DNA of 64,000 nt from Patescibacteria group bacterium (GCA_019752595.1 JAIELV010000001.1:378551-442550); one strand, 5' to 3'; shown: positions 1 through 10,437, counted from the stretch's first letter. Notes: generated from the letters alone by a model not told the origin. Numbers and translations are program-made.

Positions 1-1213
1 GAATATGTTCGCGGTCTTTTGCCTTAGCCAAATCAAACGCTGTTCTTTTCTTGACGACATCCTTTCTGTGCTCAATAAAGTGCGAAAGTATACCTGCGAG
101 TGAAAGCGTTTCAGGTACGCCGTCAACCAAAAGCACCATATTGTAATGGAAGGCCTCCTCAAGCTGAGTGTGTTTATAGAGGTAGTTCAAAACCGCCTGT
201 GGCTGTGCGTTGTTCTTCAGTTCAATCACGACGCGAATGTCTTTCGTTGATTCGTCTCGAATATCACGAACGCCTTCCAATTTTTTATCGCGCACCAAAT
301 CGGCAATCGCTACAATCAAATCCGATTTGTTTACACGGTACGGAATCGAGGTAATAACAATGATGTTGTTCCCTTTCTTGTCTTCAGTAATTTCGGCAAC
401 ACCGCGCACCACCACTGGACCTCTACCGTTTGCGTACGCATGCGCAATATCCTTTGCGTTGTACGCCACTCCGCCTACGGGGAAATCGGGACCTTGCACG
501 AATTCAAGCAAATCTTCAGTCGATGCGTCGGGGTTATCAATGAGGTGTACCGTTGCGTCGACCACTTCATTCAAGTTATGCGGAGGAACATTCGTCGCCA
601 TACCGACGGCGATACCTAATGTTCCGTTCAAAAGAATGTTCGGCACTCCAGCGGGAAGCACATCAGGTTCTTTCTGCGTACCGTCGTAGTTGGGGCGCCA
701 CTCTACTGTTTCTTTTTCCAAGTCCGCAAGAAGGTCTGCAGAAAGTTTCGACATTTTCGCTTCGGTATACCTCATTGCTGCTGCAGAATCGCCGTCAATT
801 GAACCAAAGTTACCTTGCCCGATTATGAGTGGGTAACGCATGGTGAAATCCTGCGCCATTTTTACAAGTGCGTCATACACCGCGGTGTCGCCGTGCGGGT
901 GGAATTTTCCCAAGACATCTCCGACTACCGCTGCAGATTTCCTTGGCTTCGAGCTTGAGGTCAAACCCATGCGGTGCATGGTGTAGAGAATTCTTCGGTG
1001 TACTGGCTTCAAACCGTCCCGCACATCAGGAAGTGCGCGTGAAGTAATAACCGACATCGCGTAATCGAGGTACGACTCGCGCATCTCGTCCGTTATCGAA
1101 CGCGAAACGACGCGAACCTGCCCGCCGGCAGACGGGGACCCATTTTTTGAACTAGAATCGGCGGGTTCTTCCCCGCCACTTCGTGCCTTTTTCGGTAGTT
1201 TATTTTTCGCCAT
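1..1213 (-). CDS. gyrA: DNA gyrase subunit A (or topo IV ParC-like), N-terminal part. Start is ATG at 1213 and the gene runs out of the window.
   Basis: My translation of the minus strand gives [13 protein letters not shown]...[19 protein letters not shown]...[70 protein letters not shown]. This is the type IIA topoisomerase A-subunit signature, including the active-site Tyr region. Confidence 0.88.
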   Translation of the reverse strand, partial: MAKNKLPKKARSGGEEPADSSSKNGSPSAGGQVRVVSRSITDEMRESYLDYAMSVITSRALPDVRDGLKPVHRRILYTMHRMGLTSSSKPRKSAAVVGDVLGKFHPHGDTAVYDALVKMAQDFTMRYPLIIGQGNFGSIDGDSAAAMRYTEAKMSKLSADLLADLEKETVEWRPNYDGTQKEPDVLPAGVPNILLNGTLGIAVGMATNVPPHNLNEVVDATVHLIDNPDASTEDLLEFVQGPDFPVGGVAYNAKDIAHAYANGRGPVVVRGVAEITEDKKGNNIIVITSIPYRVNKSDLIVAIADLVRDKKLEGVRDIRDESTKDIRVVIELKNNAQPQAVLNYLYKHTQLEEAFHYNMVLLVDGVPETLSLAGILSHFIEHRKDVVKKRTAFDLAKAKDREHI

Positions 1214-1254
1214 TTGGTCGTTACAGTATACCCTTTACCACTTTCAAGAGAAAG

Positions 1255-1515
1255 CTACTCCGCTCTATTTTTGACTCCTGAAAAATCAGGCATTTCAGGG
1301 AACGGCGGTAATTCGGGAAGTTGTATATTCACGGGGGTTGCAGTGTTTTCCACTTCGCTATCATCTTTCAGTTTCAATGGCCCGACCGACACAAGTAACA
1401 CAAGCCATACCGCAGTCACACACGCGGTAATAATAATCGTAAAAACCGCCACAAAACGGCGTCGCTCCTCAATGGGCTTTTTTCTCATTGAAAGGAGCCA
1501 ATCGAAAAAGCTCAT
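1255..1515 (-). CDS. small single-TM hypothetical protein
   Basis: 86-aa ORF with one hydrophobic helix, co-directional between the MBL hydrolase and gyrA. Confidence 0.35.
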   Translation of the reverse strand: MSFFDWLLSMRKKPIEERRRFVAVFTIIITACVTAVWLVLLVSVGPLKLKDDSEVENTATPVNIQLPELPPFPEMPDFSGVKNRAE

Positions 1516-1522
1516 ACTCTAT

Positions 1523-2149
1523 TTATTCAAGCACCACAACGTCACCGTCCATAGCATCCAGCTCTTTTTTTCTCACCGTAAATTTATCAGTCGGTTTTAC
1601 GCCAGTCTCTCCTGCCGCTTTCAAAAACGCTGTGATGTCTTTATCGGAAGATATGGCATACGGAATAACCGCGTTCGGCTCAATCCCAGTCACCAGTTCA
1701 TGCGCCGCTTTTGGCTCGAGTGTTCCTTCACCAACAGGCACAAGCACGATGCCGACGCCGTCTAATTCAGCGCGCACATCAGCAGGAAGTTTTGACGAGG
1801 AGAGCGCGCCCAAGACCAGCACCTTCATACCGTCCATTTCAATTATATATATCGTGTTACCGACATCAGAAAGCACGTCGCCATAATCAGAGCGCGAAGA
1901 AAAACCTGTCACCCGCACATCTCCTACTTCATACGCGCCTGGACCTGAAATAACGAACGGTTCTTTTTCGCCATGCGTTGCGGTGTCAGCGCCATTCCAA
2001 TCAACATCAGGAACGGATATCAAAACAACGTCTGACCCGAATTTTGAAACTTTATGTTTTTTTGAACGCTGGGACGGCGGATTGACTGCAACCGTCACGG
2101 GCCCCGCTGAAATTTTAAACCCGTATCCTCCGACTTTCTGAATTACCAT
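1523..2149 (-). CDS. metal-dependent hydrolase, beta-lactamase-fold (UPF0173-like)
   Basis: 208 aa. The glycine-rich pattern and the GxxxLVLGAL / DxVLISVPD-type motifs are typical of MBL-fold hydrolases. Confidence 0.7.
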   Translation of the reverse strand: MVIQKVGGYGFKISAGPVTVAVNPPSQRSKKHKVSKFGSDVVLISVPDVDWNGADTATHGEKEPFVISGPGAYEVGDVRVTGFSSRSDYGDVLSDVGNTIYIIEMDGMKVLVLGALSSSKLPADVRAELDGVGIVLVPVGEGTLEPKAAHELVTGIEPNAVIPYAISSDKDITAFLKAAGETGVKPTDKFTVRKKELDAMDGDVVVLE

Positions 2150-2181
2150 TGAGCGATTATATCACTACCCCCTGCAGAAAC

Positions 2182-2496
2182 TTAATCCTTTCTCCGAGTA
2201 GCGCGCTTGCGGGAATCGGCTCGATCTCGGGCACCTTGTTCTTTTTTCAGCTGAGCGTAATCTTCCTCTACTTCAATTGCGAGAGCTTCTCCGATTACCA
2301 AAAGTGCATTTACTTCTCTTTGAGAACGTCCTTGTGTCGGAGTATTCACCAGACCGATCATAAGGCCGAGCGTTTCTTGCCGCTCTTCACGGTTTCTTCC
2401 GCTCGCTGGAACCATCCTTCCGCGGGGAGAGCAATAGAGTTTCTGACCAAAACGACCGTTTGCTTCCCGAGGTTGTTTTTCTGTCGGTGATACCAT
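2182..2496 (-). CDS. hypothetical protein
   Basis: 104-aa ORF upstream of, and co-directional with, the MBL hydrolase. No recognisable motif. Confidence 0.3.
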   Translation of the reverse strand: MVSPTEKQPREANGRFGQKLYCSPRGRMVPASGRNREERQETLGLMIGLVNTPTQGRSQREVNALLVIGEALAIEVEEDYAQLKKEQGARDRADSRKRATRRKD

Positions 2497-2572
2497 ACGT
2501 ACCTTTGTATCCCCCTACCGAGCCTTCGTCAAACGGCATGAGGCTCAAGAAAATGCGCAAGTACTAAAACCA

Positions 2573-2601
2573 AAATGTGCTATACTTAGTATAGCACATT
2601 T
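2573..2601. repeat. 29-bp perfect palindrome AAATGTGCTATACT-T-AGTATAGCACATTT. A second family member is at 25167-25193.
   Basis: Seen directly in the sequence. Both copies are followed by TGCGTG. Confidence 0.8.
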
Positions 2602-2721
2602 GCGTGTTCCACCTTCCTCTGCTATTGTTCCCCGACAAAGCCTTTAGGGGCTTTTGTCACTTCGGAGCGGCTTAACCCTTTGTACGGCAACGTACAAACA
2701 CCCGCCCTGATTACTGCAAAA

Positions 2722-3813
2722 ATGGCTAAAGCTAAAAAAGAAGTTGTTGTGTTGCCCGAAAACGAGGCAATGGAGAAACTCTTGCAAGAGAGTGCCATTC
2801 CCCCTGTCGGAGGCGACACCATTGAAGGACCAGTGGTCTACATCGGTTCAGGTAAGGTGTACATTGATCTCGCACCGTTCGGTACGGGAATTATTTACGG
2901 GCGCGAATACCTTTCGGCTCGCGACGTTCTCCGCAAAGTCGCTTTGGGCGATACCGTTTCCGCGAAAGTAATTGGTTCGTACAGCAAGGAAGGCTACATC
3001 GAGCTTTCACTCAAAGAGGCACGTCAGGCGATGATTTGGTCTGATGCTGAGCGCGCAATCGCTGGTGGCACCGTATTCGAACTCCCTGTCAAAGACGCAA
3101 ACAAAGGTGGGCTCATTATTCAGTGGCAAGGTATTCAGGGCTTTTTGCCCGCTTCTCAGTTGAAGCCTGAACACTACCCACGTGTGAAGGAAGGTGACAA
3201 ACAGCTTATTCTCGACGAGCTCAAGAAATTCATTGGACAAAATCTTTCAGTTTCAATCATTACCGCAGATCCGCGCGAAGGAAAACTCATCTTCTCTGAA
3301 CGTGGTGGCGCGAAGGAAAATAAAGGTGCACTCGCTGACCGCTATGCTGTGGGCGATGTTGTAGAAGGAATGGTAACGGGCATCGTCGACTTCGGTATCT
3401 TCGTGAAAATCGAAGAAGGTCTTGAAGGGTTGGTACACATTTCAGAAATCGACTGGGGATTGGTGGAAGACCCTCGCCTATTCGCAAAAGTAAATGAACC
3501 CATCAAGGTCCGTGTCATCGACATCAAAGACGGAAAGATTTCTCTTTCTCTCAAACAAATGTCGGAAGACCCATGGGTTTCTGCAGCAAAGAAATACAGC
3601 AAGGACGACACAGTTGAAGCTGCGGTCATCAAGTACAACAAGTACGGTGCCCTGGCATCAATTGAAGAAGGCGTTGCGGGATTGGTACACGTTTCAGAAT
3701 TTGAATCTGAAGCAAAACTCCGCGAGGCGCTGTCACTCGGCAAGACCTACAAGTTCAAAATTTCTTTGTTTGAACCAAAGGATCACCGCATGACCCTCTC
3801 GTTGAACAAATAA
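2722..3813 (+). CDS. rpsA: 30S ribosomal protein S1 (short, multi-S1-domain form)
   Basis: Repeated S1 domains (GxVxGxVxxIxDFGxFV...). ATG at 2722 (MAKAKKEVV) is preferred over the TTG at 2680. Confidence 0.88.
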   Translation: MAKAKKEVVVLPENEAMEKLLQESAIPPVGGDTIEGPVVYIGSGKVYIDLAPFGTGIIYGREYLSARDVLRKVALGDTVSAKVIGSYSKEGYIELSLKEARQAMIWSDAERAIAGGTVFELPVKDANKGGLIIQWQGIQGFLPASQLKPEHYPRVKEGDKQLILDELKKFIGQNLSVSIITADPREGKLIFSERGGAKENKGALADRYAVGDVVEGMVTGIVDFGIFVKIEEGLEGLVHISEIDWGLVEDPRLFAKVNEPIKVRVIDIKDGKISLSLKQMSEDPWVSAAKKYSKDDTVEAAVIKYNKYGALASIEEGVAGLVHVSEFESEAKLREALSLGKTYKFKISLFEPKDHRMTLSLNK

Positions 3814-3825
3814 GATCTTTACAAC

Positions 3826-3857
3826 AAAAAATCCCCGCACTCGCGGGGATTTTTTGT
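3826..3857. terminator. bidirectional rho-independent terminator
   Basis: CCCCGCACTCGCGGGG stem flanked by an A-run and a T-run, between convergent rpsA and pth. Confidence 0.6.
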
Positions 3858-4456
3858 TAATTAAATCGGTTCATCGCCACTGTGTGGCCCTCGACAGCAA
3901 TTGTCTCCACCGCTTCTATCACTTTCTTCATTACCTTTTTATATTCGGTTAAATTATCGGGTGAAAATTTGCCCAAGAGAAATTTCAACACTTTCTCCTC
4001 CCCTGTTGGCTTCTTTGCAATACCTTTTGGAGTCTTTGGAGAAACACCAACCCTGATGCGTATGAAATTTTTCGTCTTCACCGCTTTTATAACTGACTCG
4101 ACGCCGTTATGCCCCCCAGAACTCTTACCGCGCGAAATTTTGAACGTCCCCAACGGCATATCAAGCTCGTCGTGAATAACAATGAGGTTATCGACGTCCT
4201 TTTTTGACTTCACAAAGCGTAAAACCGCGACCCCAGATTTGTTCATAAAGGTATCTGGTATGAGCAAGGTTACTTTTTTGCTACTCAAAGTACCTGTTGA
4301 TGATTGAAATGGCGGTTTCTTCTCAATTTTCCATTCTGAAAAGTCATGCGTAGCGTGAATTCTCTCTACAACCATGCGTCCCGCATTGTGTCGCGTGTTT
4401 TCGTACTCACTTCCTGGGTTTCCTAGTCCAACTATCACAAACATAGGAATAAGCAT
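3857..4456 (-). CDS. pth: peptidyl-tRNA hydrolase
   Basis: GLGNPG and HNG motifs, about 199 aa. Confidence 0.9.
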   Translation of the reverse strand: MLIPMFVIVGLGNPGSEYENTRHNAGRMVVERIHATHDFSEWKIEKKPPFQSSTGTLSSKKVTLLIPDTFMNKSGVAVLRFVKSKKDVDNLIVIHDELDMPLGTFKISRGKSSGGHNGVESVIKAVKTKNFIRIRVGVSPKTPKGIAKKPTGEEKVLKFLLGKFSPDNLTEYKKVMKKVIEAVETIAVEGHTVAMNRFN

Positions 4457-4629
4457 ACACCGTATTAATCAGATTCTTAAACACCTAAGCGGAGAGAAGC
4501 GTTTTTGCAACACTAAGACTCGGGCAAACGCCCCGGAGTGGTGTTGCAAAAACGCTTCGCGGAGCGAGAAAGCATTGCGACACGTTTTGACCCTTGTGTG
4601 CAAATGAACTCAAGCGTACAATTTCACAC

Positions 4630-5193
4630 ATGACTCCCGATAAGAGTGCAATCTTGGACGACGTCATAAAATTTGCACTCATCGCACTCCTTATTGTCGT
4701 ACCGCTTCGATGGTTCGTCGCACAGCCGTTCATTGTGCGTGGCGCATCCATGGAGCCAGTATTCGAAAACGGCGAATATCTGATTGTTGACCAGCTCACC
4801 TACCGTTTCGAAGAGCCTGAACGTGGAGATGTCATTATCATGCGCTATCCGAAAGACCCTGACGTCTTCTTTATTAAGCGAATCGTAGGGCTACCAAGCG
4901 AAACGGTCGAACTCCAAGGGAAACAAGTCATCATCCGTCGCGGAGTAAATGAAGAATCAATCACGCTCGACCAATCATTCATCGAGCCAGAGCGGATGCG
5001 CGACGAATACGGAACCTATGCCTTAGGCGATGATGAATACTTTGTGATGGGCGACAACAGAAATGAAAGTTCCGATTCGCGCTCATGGGGTTCACTGCCA
5101 CGCGACAACATTATCGGCCGTCCGTTTATCCGCCTTTTCCCGCCAACACGAATTGATCTTTTCCCCGGTCACATTACAACTCAACCACAATAA
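4630..5193 (+). CDS. lepB: signal peptidase I
   Basis: N-terminal TM helix, catalytic SMEP (Ser) box, GDNRxxSxDSR box. An alternative start is at 4594. Confidence 0.85.
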   Translation: MTPDKSAILDDVIKFALIALLIVVPLRWFVAQPFIVRGASMEPVFENGEYLIVDQLTYRFEEPERGDVIIMRYPKDPDVFFIKRIVGLPSETVELQGKQVIIRRGVNEESITLDQSFIEPERMRDEYGTYALGDDEYFVMGDNRNESSDSRSWGSLPRDNIIGRPFIRLFPPTRIDLFPGHITTQPQ

Positions 5194-5202
5194 AAAAATT
5201 CT

Positions 5203-6312
5203 ATGCGTTCACTTGAGCGAGGCACACGAAGAGAGACACTTGAGAAAGCGATAGCGCGTATTGCGTTCGCCTACGGATTCACCTCGCAACCTGTTGCGAT
5301 TTCACGAAAGACTGCGAGCGCTACGCACGCCGACACAAAAACCGCTGCATCACTTTCACTTTTGAAATCTGCAACTACCACGGTGTCTGCAGGACCACTG
5401 CAACTCTGGGGCGCATTGAAAACAACACATGGCACCGCACTCTCACTCGCGGTCGTCGGCACCAAACAGGCAATCGGCAACGCACTCGTGGTGAAAACAG
5501 CGCTCTCGATTGTTGAACTTTCAGGTTTTGAAAATCCTTCGGTCATGGTGTCTTCTGTTGGTGACGCAGAATCAAAACGTCGCTTCACGCGCGAGCTAGG
5601 AAACTTCTTTAAGAAAAACGCTGAACATATACCCACTGACCTGAAAGCGAAAGTCGCGCATGATCCTGATGGTGCGTACCGCGAACTTTTGACACGAAAA
5701 GATCCAATGATGGAAAAAGCACCTCGCACTATTGATTACCTTTCTGAGAACTCAAGAAAAGCTATGCTTGAAACGCTTTCGTTCTTTGAAGCAGTTGGCA
5801 TTGGCTATACCATCGACGCACGCCTCCACGGCGAAGCAGGAGTTGCGGGCGATTTGGTATTCGCAATAGACGCGCAAGACAAATCGGGCGAACGCATCCG
5901 TATCGCAACAGGCGGACGTTTTGAAAATGAAACAAAGAAAGCGGGACTTCCTGAAGGTCGCACTGCAACCGCGCTTACCCTCTCCCTCTCAAAGGCTCTG
6001 CGATTGGACGAAATGCAACAGGCACCGAACTGTTTCGTGGTTCACGTCGGCGATGCAGCAAAATTGAAGGCATTCACTCTTCTTGAATCACTCTGGAAGG
6101 CACACGTTGCGGTGACCCAAACCCTTATGTCTGACAACTTTCGCGACCAAATAGAGAAAGGCAGGCTTTCAGGCGCAAAATATCTTGCCATCATCGGTCA
6201 ACGAGAAGCTCTCGACAGTACGATCATTGTGAGAAATGTAGCGACCCAAATGCAGACCACGCTCCCTATGGAAAAACTTGAAGGATACGTCCTTCGCGGT
6301 GCACGTGCATAG
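5203..6312 (+). CDS. histidyl-tRNA synthetase-like protein (class II aaRS fold plus anticodon-binding domain) with a degenerate motif 2
   Basis: N-terminal GTRRETLEKAIARIAFAYGF matches the HisRS N-terminus, ATGGRFE resembles motif 3 (GGRYD), and the C-terminal AKYLAIIGQREALDSTIIVRN resembles an HGTP_anticodon domain. The motif-2 arginines (FRYERPQ.GR.R.F) are replaced (LKTTHGTALSLAVV). Confidence 0.55.
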   Translation: MRSLERGTRRETLEKAIARIAFAYGFTSQPVAISRKTASATHADTKTAASLSLLKSATTTVSAGPLQLWGALKTTHGTALSLAVVGTKQAIGNALVVKTALSIVELSGFENPSVMVSSVGDAESKRRFTRELGNFFKKNAEHIPTDLKAKVAHDPDGAYRELLTRKDPMMEKAPRTIDYLSENSRKAMLETLSFFEAVGIGYTIDARLHGEAGVAGDLVFAIDAQDKSGERIRIATGGRFENETKKAGLPEGRTATALTLSLSKALRLDEMQQAPNCFVVHVGDAAKLKAFTLLESLWKAHVAVTQTLMSDNFRDQIEKGRLSGAKYLAIIGQREALDSTIIVRNVATQMQTTLPMEKLEGYVLRGARA

Positions 6313-6322
6313 AAGTTGAAAC

Positions 6323-6877
6323 ATGCCAAGACGGCAAGAACAAAAACCATACACCCCTGAAATTCTAGCGCGCGCCGAGGCACTTCATAGTTCTGGTCTT
6401 ATGTGGAAGACAGTCGCGGAGAGAATCGGACACTCGTTTGGTTCCCTCATGACAACTCGTTCTCAAATAAAAAAGAACACAACTCGTGTGACGGCTGGAG
6501 AAATGCGTGCAGAGTCTGCGCGAAAAATGGCGTACGTAGAAACATTGATTTCACTTGGAATGAAGCCGAAGGAAATGCAGCACGTCTTGAAACTATCAGG
6601 CAGCGCGTTGTCTATGCGATTTCTGAGCTGGGGCTTAGATCGCGAAGAACGCGTGGCGCTACGCCTCGCGGATGAAATATTTGCAGGCACACTACAAAAA
6701 GCGCGAGCGATTGTCCGCGAATATAGTGGCTCATCTCTACCAGCAAGGAAAAGTGCCGAGTTACGTGAACTAAAGCGAGAACTTCATCGCCGCTCTGAGC
6801 TGAGACTCGCTGAAATCGAAGCCCTTGTCCATAATTCCCAAGACGCGTCTATTTCAGAAACTCACTCGGAAGCGTGA
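6323..6877 (+). CDS. hypothetical protein, possibly HTH-containing
   Basis: 184-aa ORF in a co-directional operon-like array. No clear motif. Confidence 0.45.
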   Translation: MPRRQEQKPYTPEILARAEALHSSGLMWKTVAERIGHSFGSLMTTRSQIKKNTTRVTAGEMRAESARKMAYVETLISLGMKPKEMQHVLKLSGSALSMRFLSWGLDREERVALRLADEIFAGTLQKARAIVREYSGSSLPARKSAELRELKRELHRRSELRLAEIEALVHNSQDASISETHSEA

Positions 6878-6915
6878 ATTGCAAAAACCCCCCCTGTGTG
6901 CTTAAATAACGCGCT

Positions 6916-7164
6916 ATGGCAGTAAACGTATCAGTCGTTAAACACGGCACGGAGAACTCAATGAGCCTTATTCGAAGGTTCACGAAGCGCATGCAAGGCG
7001 CAGGTATTGTCCGCAAGGTAAAGGGTATGCGCTACAAGTTGCGCAGTCAGTCAAAAAACCGCCGCAAAACTTCAGCATTGGTACGCGTTGAAAAGCACGC
7101 AAAAAAGACCGAAATGGAGAAATTGGGTCTCCTTGAGGCTCGCCCAGAACGCCCTCGCAGATAA
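6916..7164 (+). CDS. rpsU: 30S ribosomal protein S21
   Basis: 82-aa basic protein. LIRRFTKRMQ...RKxRxxxK pattern of S21. Confidence 0.8.
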   Translation: MAVNVSVVKHGTENSMSLIRRFTKRMQGAGIVRKVKGMRYKLRSQSKNRRKTSALVRVEKHAKKTEMEKLGLLEARPERPRR

Positions 7165-7170
7165 CAGCAC

Positions 7171-7563
7171 GTGGCTTCCTTCTCTCTCGTCAATGAAACC
7201 CGAAACCCTCTCCTGAGGGTTTCTTTTCGTAAAATCGCAAAGGAAGTTATGGGCGAGAAGTATTCCCTGTCGGTTATTTTCACTACACCGAAAAAAATAG
7301 CTAAGTTGAATGGAAGCTACCGCGGGAAGCCTACTTCAACAGACATCCTTTCGTTCGGGCTCTCAAAAACAGAGGGCGAACTCTACATTTCAATGCCTGA
7401 TGTTGTAAAAAAAGCCCCACTTTTCTACCTTTCAACTAAAAAATATCTCGAGTACCTGTACATTCACGGCCTCATACACCTCAAAGGTTTTGATCACGGA
7501 CGAAAAATGGAAGCGGTAGAGAAAAAATACTGCAAACGGTTCGGGTTCACGCATCCCTCGTAA
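7171..7563 (+). CDS. ybeY: rRNA maturation endoribonuclease YbeY
   Basis: TDILSF motif and H..HxxGxDH zinc motif (HGLIHLKGFDH). Confidence 0.8.
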   Translation: MASFSLVNETRNPLLRVSFRKIAKEVMGEKYSLSVIFTTPKKIAKLNGSYRGKPTSTDILSFGLSKTEGELYISMPDVVKKAPLFYLSTKKYLEYLYIHGLIHLKGFDHGRKMEAVEKKYCKRFGFTHPS

Positions 7564-7657
7564 ATCAGCGTGATAATATAACGGAAAGGTTGGCTTTAAG
7601 GAGTGTGCTTTTTGGTTTCCCTATACCCTAAACGCTGAACCCTAACCACTTCTCACA

Positions 7658-8830
7658 ATGGCATCACGCATCGCAGTCGGCATAGATATAGGCACCTACC
7701 AGGTTCGGGTTGTTATTGCTCGCGAATCCAGTGACCGCTCTTCTTTGTACCCGAAAATTATCGGCACAGGCTACGCGGAATCAAAGGGACTTCGTCACGG
7801 CTACATCGTGAACCACGACGACGTCGCTGCTGCTATTCGCGTTGCCGCACACCAGGCGGAAAAACTGGCTGGAGTAAGAATAAAAACAGCATTCCTTTCA
7901 ATTGGCGGTATTGGTATCGATGAAGTACGCGGTGTCGGCGAAGCGGTTGTCTCGCGTGCGGACAACGAAGTTACCGACTTGGATATCGACAAAGCAATCG
8001 AAACATCGCGGGCAAACATCGCGGGCAAACTCATCAACCGCAGAGTCCTGCACACCATCCCCCTCTCCTACACGATTGACGGCGCGGAAGTTTTGGGGCG
8101 CCCTCAAGGCATGCGCGGTGCGAAAATTTCTGTTGAAACTCTTTTTGTTACCTGTCTCAAACAACACGTTGAAGATTTAATTGAATCGGTGGAAGGCGCG
8201 GAAATTGCAGTCTCCGACATCATGGCGTCGCCCTTGGCAGGTTCGCTCGTCACCGTATCGAATGCTGAAAAAAAAGCAGGATGCGTGTTAGCAAACATCG
8301 GCGCAGAAACTGTTTCGATTGTTGTCTTCGACAACGGTCTCCCGATGTCGATGAAAGTGTTCAAAATCGGCTCGATGGATATCACCAAAGACATCGCGCT
8401 CGGACTTCGCATCTCACTTGATGAGGCAGAGCAACTCAAACTTGGCGCTGTCACACACGCACAGTACTCAAAGAAAAAATTTGATGACATTCTCTCGGCG
8501 CGTCTTGCGGATATCTTTGAACTAATTGATGGACACTTAAAAAAACTCGGGAAAGACCAAATGCTTCCTGCAGGAATTATTTTGACAGGTGGTGGCTCGG
8601 GTATCGGGCCGATAAAAGAAATTGCGGAATCTTCCCTAAAGCTTCACTCAAAAATTGCACAGATTAATATTCCTGCGGATGCAAAAATAAAAGATTCAAC
8701 GTGGGCAGTTGCCTACGGCATGACCATTTGGGGCCTGACGGGCGATTCATTTGCACGTCCCGCTGCAGGAGAAGCGATTTCTGATATCGGCAAATCAATA
8801 GGGGGCTTTTTCAAACAGTTCCTCCCGTAA
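7658..8830 (+). CDS. ftsA: cell division protein FtsA
   Basis: Actin-like ATPase (GIDIGT), 390 aa, directly upstream of ftsZ. Confidence 0.88.
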   Translation: MASRIAVGIDIGTYQVRVVIARESSDRSSLYPKIIGTGYAESKGLRHGYIVNHDDVAAAIRVAAHQAEKLAGVRIKTAFLSIGGIGIDEVRGVGEAVVSRADNEVTDLDIDKAIETSRANIAGKLINRRVLHTIPLSYTIDGAEVLGRPQGMRGAKISVETLFVTCLKQHVEDLIESVEGAEIAVSDIMASPLAGSLVTVSNAEKKAGCVLANIGAETVSIVVFDNGLPMSMKVFKIGSMDITKDIALGLRISLDEAEQLKLGAVTHAQYSKKKFDDILSARLADIFELIDGHLKKLGKDQMLPAGIILTGGGSGIGPIKEIAESSLKLHSKIAQINIPADAKIKDSTWAVAYGMTIWGLTGDSFARPAAGEAISDIGKSIGGFFKQFLP

Positions 8831-8864
8831 AAAATAGCTGTCAAAAAACTCACTTTTGTTAAAA

Positions 8865-9143
8865 TTATTCTTTTCGTTTTTTTGATTTATCTTCTAAAGC
8901 CTTAGAATATAACGCGTCACAAAGTAAATACGAACCTCCAAGAGCGTTAGCGAACACGAGCCCACTGATGAGAATCAGCTCTTCTGTGGATTCTGGGTCA
9001 AAGACAAATGGTGATACCGCGGCCGCACCTAATCCGACTACGCCACACAGTGCGTTCGCTCGACGATTGTTTCGCTCGCGTAAATGGCGCGCTACGCGAT
9101 CCCCTGGTGAAGGTTTTGGAGTGTGGTCGGGAGATTCCGTCAT
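8865..9143 (-). CDS. small membrane protein (hypothetical)
   Basis: ORF antisense between ftsA and ftsZ with a Gly/Ala-rich hydrophobic segment. Weak support. Confidence 0.25.
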   Translation of the reverse strand: MTESPDHTPKPSPGDRVARHLRERNNRRANALCGVVGLGAAAVSPFVFDPESTEELILISGLVFANALGGSYLLCDALYSKALEDKSKKRKE

Positions 9144-9267
9144 AATAAGCACTTTAACTCGTGGAAAAATTAACACAATGTCAGTAAAAGTCAAACATTG
9201 CAACGGCTATGTCTTTTCACTATGATATGAACACTAATTAAAAAGCCCGCCACCCTTACAAAAACCT

Positions 9268-10437
9268 ATGCCACAAGTACATTCAGAGTTGGAGTCAGCT
9301 GCACGAATCCGCGTCATCGGCGTCGGAGGCTCAGGCAAAAACGCCTTGAACCACATGGTCACCTCAAAGGTGAAAGGGGTTGATTTCGTTGTCGTAAACA
9401 CCGATGCGCAGGACTTACAGCAGTCACTGTCACGCACGAAGATTCACATCGGCAAGAATTTGACGAGAGGTTTGGGTGCAGGAATGAATCCTGCAGTCGG
9501 TAAGCGAGCTGCAGAAGAAACACAGTCTGAAATTCAGGACGCGCTTCGCGGGAGCGACATGGTGTTTATCGCGGGAGGTATGGGCGGAGGAACATGCACG
9601 GGTGCCGCGCCGATTGTTGCGCGCATCGCAAAAGAAACAGGAGCTTTGACTGTGGCCGTTGTTACCAAACCATTCTCGTTTGAAGGTCAGCAAAGAATGC
9701 GCCTCGCAGAACAGGGCTTGGAAGATTTGAGAAAAGAAGTGGACGCACTCATTGTCATTCCGAACGATCGCTTGTTGGCAGTTGTTGACTCAAACACAAC
9801 CGTGAGAAGCGCATTCGCGATGTGTGACGAAGTGTTGCGACAAGCTGTTGAAGGCGTTTCAGATTTGATTACGACTCCAGGCAACATCAACTTGGACTTC
9901 GCAGACATCAAGGCAATCATGGAAGACGCTGGTTCAGCACTCATGGGCGTTGGTCTTGCGCAAGGCGAGAAGCGCGCGGAAGAAGCAGCGCGTGCAGCTA
10001 TCAATTCCCCACTCTTGGATATTTCAATCAATGGTGCGAAGGGCGTCTTGCTCTCAATTGCAGGTGGTGAAGACTTGGGACTTTTGGAAGTACAGGCAGC
10101 AGCGCAGATTGTTACGGAATCTATCGATAAGAACGCAAAAGTTATCTTTGGTACCTCTAAAGATGAACGCCTGAAGAAAGGCGAAGTACGCGTGACCGTT
10201 ATCGCAACGGGCTTCCCAGAAGAATTAACGGCGCGCGGTGGTACTCCTCTCTTCCAGGCAACACCGAAGAAAGAGAAGAAGGAAGACGAGGGTAAGATTT
10301 TCAACACCATCATGCCAGTAGCTAAGGATGAAGAAATCGTCGCTCCTGCTCGCAAAGAACCTGAACCAAAACCCGCTGATGACGACGATGATTGGGGTGC
10401 GGTTCCAGCGTTTCTCCGAAGAAACAAGAAAAACTAA
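9268..10437 (+). CDS. ftsZ: cell division GTPase FtsZ
   Basis: GGGTCTGAAP tubulin signature, 389 aa, acidic C-terminus. Confidence 0.95.
   Translation: MPQVHSELESAARIRVIGVGGSGKNALNHMVTSKVKGVDFVVVNTDAQDLQQSLSRTKIHIGKNLTRGLGAGMNPAVGKRAAEETQSEIQDALRGSDMVFIAGGMGGGTCTGAAPIVARIAKETGALTVAVVTKPFSFEGQQRMRLAEQGLEDLRKEVDALIVIPNDRLLAVVDSNTTVRSAFAMCDEVLRQAVEGVSDLITTPGNINLDFADIKAIMEDAGSALMGVGLAQGEKRAEEAARAAINSPLLDISINGAKGVLLSIAGGEDLGLLEVQAAAQIVTESIDKNAKVIFGTSKDERLKKGEVRVTVIATGFPEELTARGGTPLFQATPKKEKKEDEGKIFNTIMPVAKDEEIVAPARKEPEPKPADDDDDWGAVPAFLRRNKKN

Noticed and set aside
210-828. Plus-strand ORFs of 159 and 91 aa at the window start
   Set aside because: They lie on the opposite strand of the gyrA coding sequence, whose translation is a clear GyrA.
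9687-10427. 246-aa minus-strand ORF across ftsZ
   Set aside because: Antisense to a confidently assigned FtsZ with an intact tubulin signature. It is a low-complexity Ser/Ala-rich translation typical of shadow ORFs.
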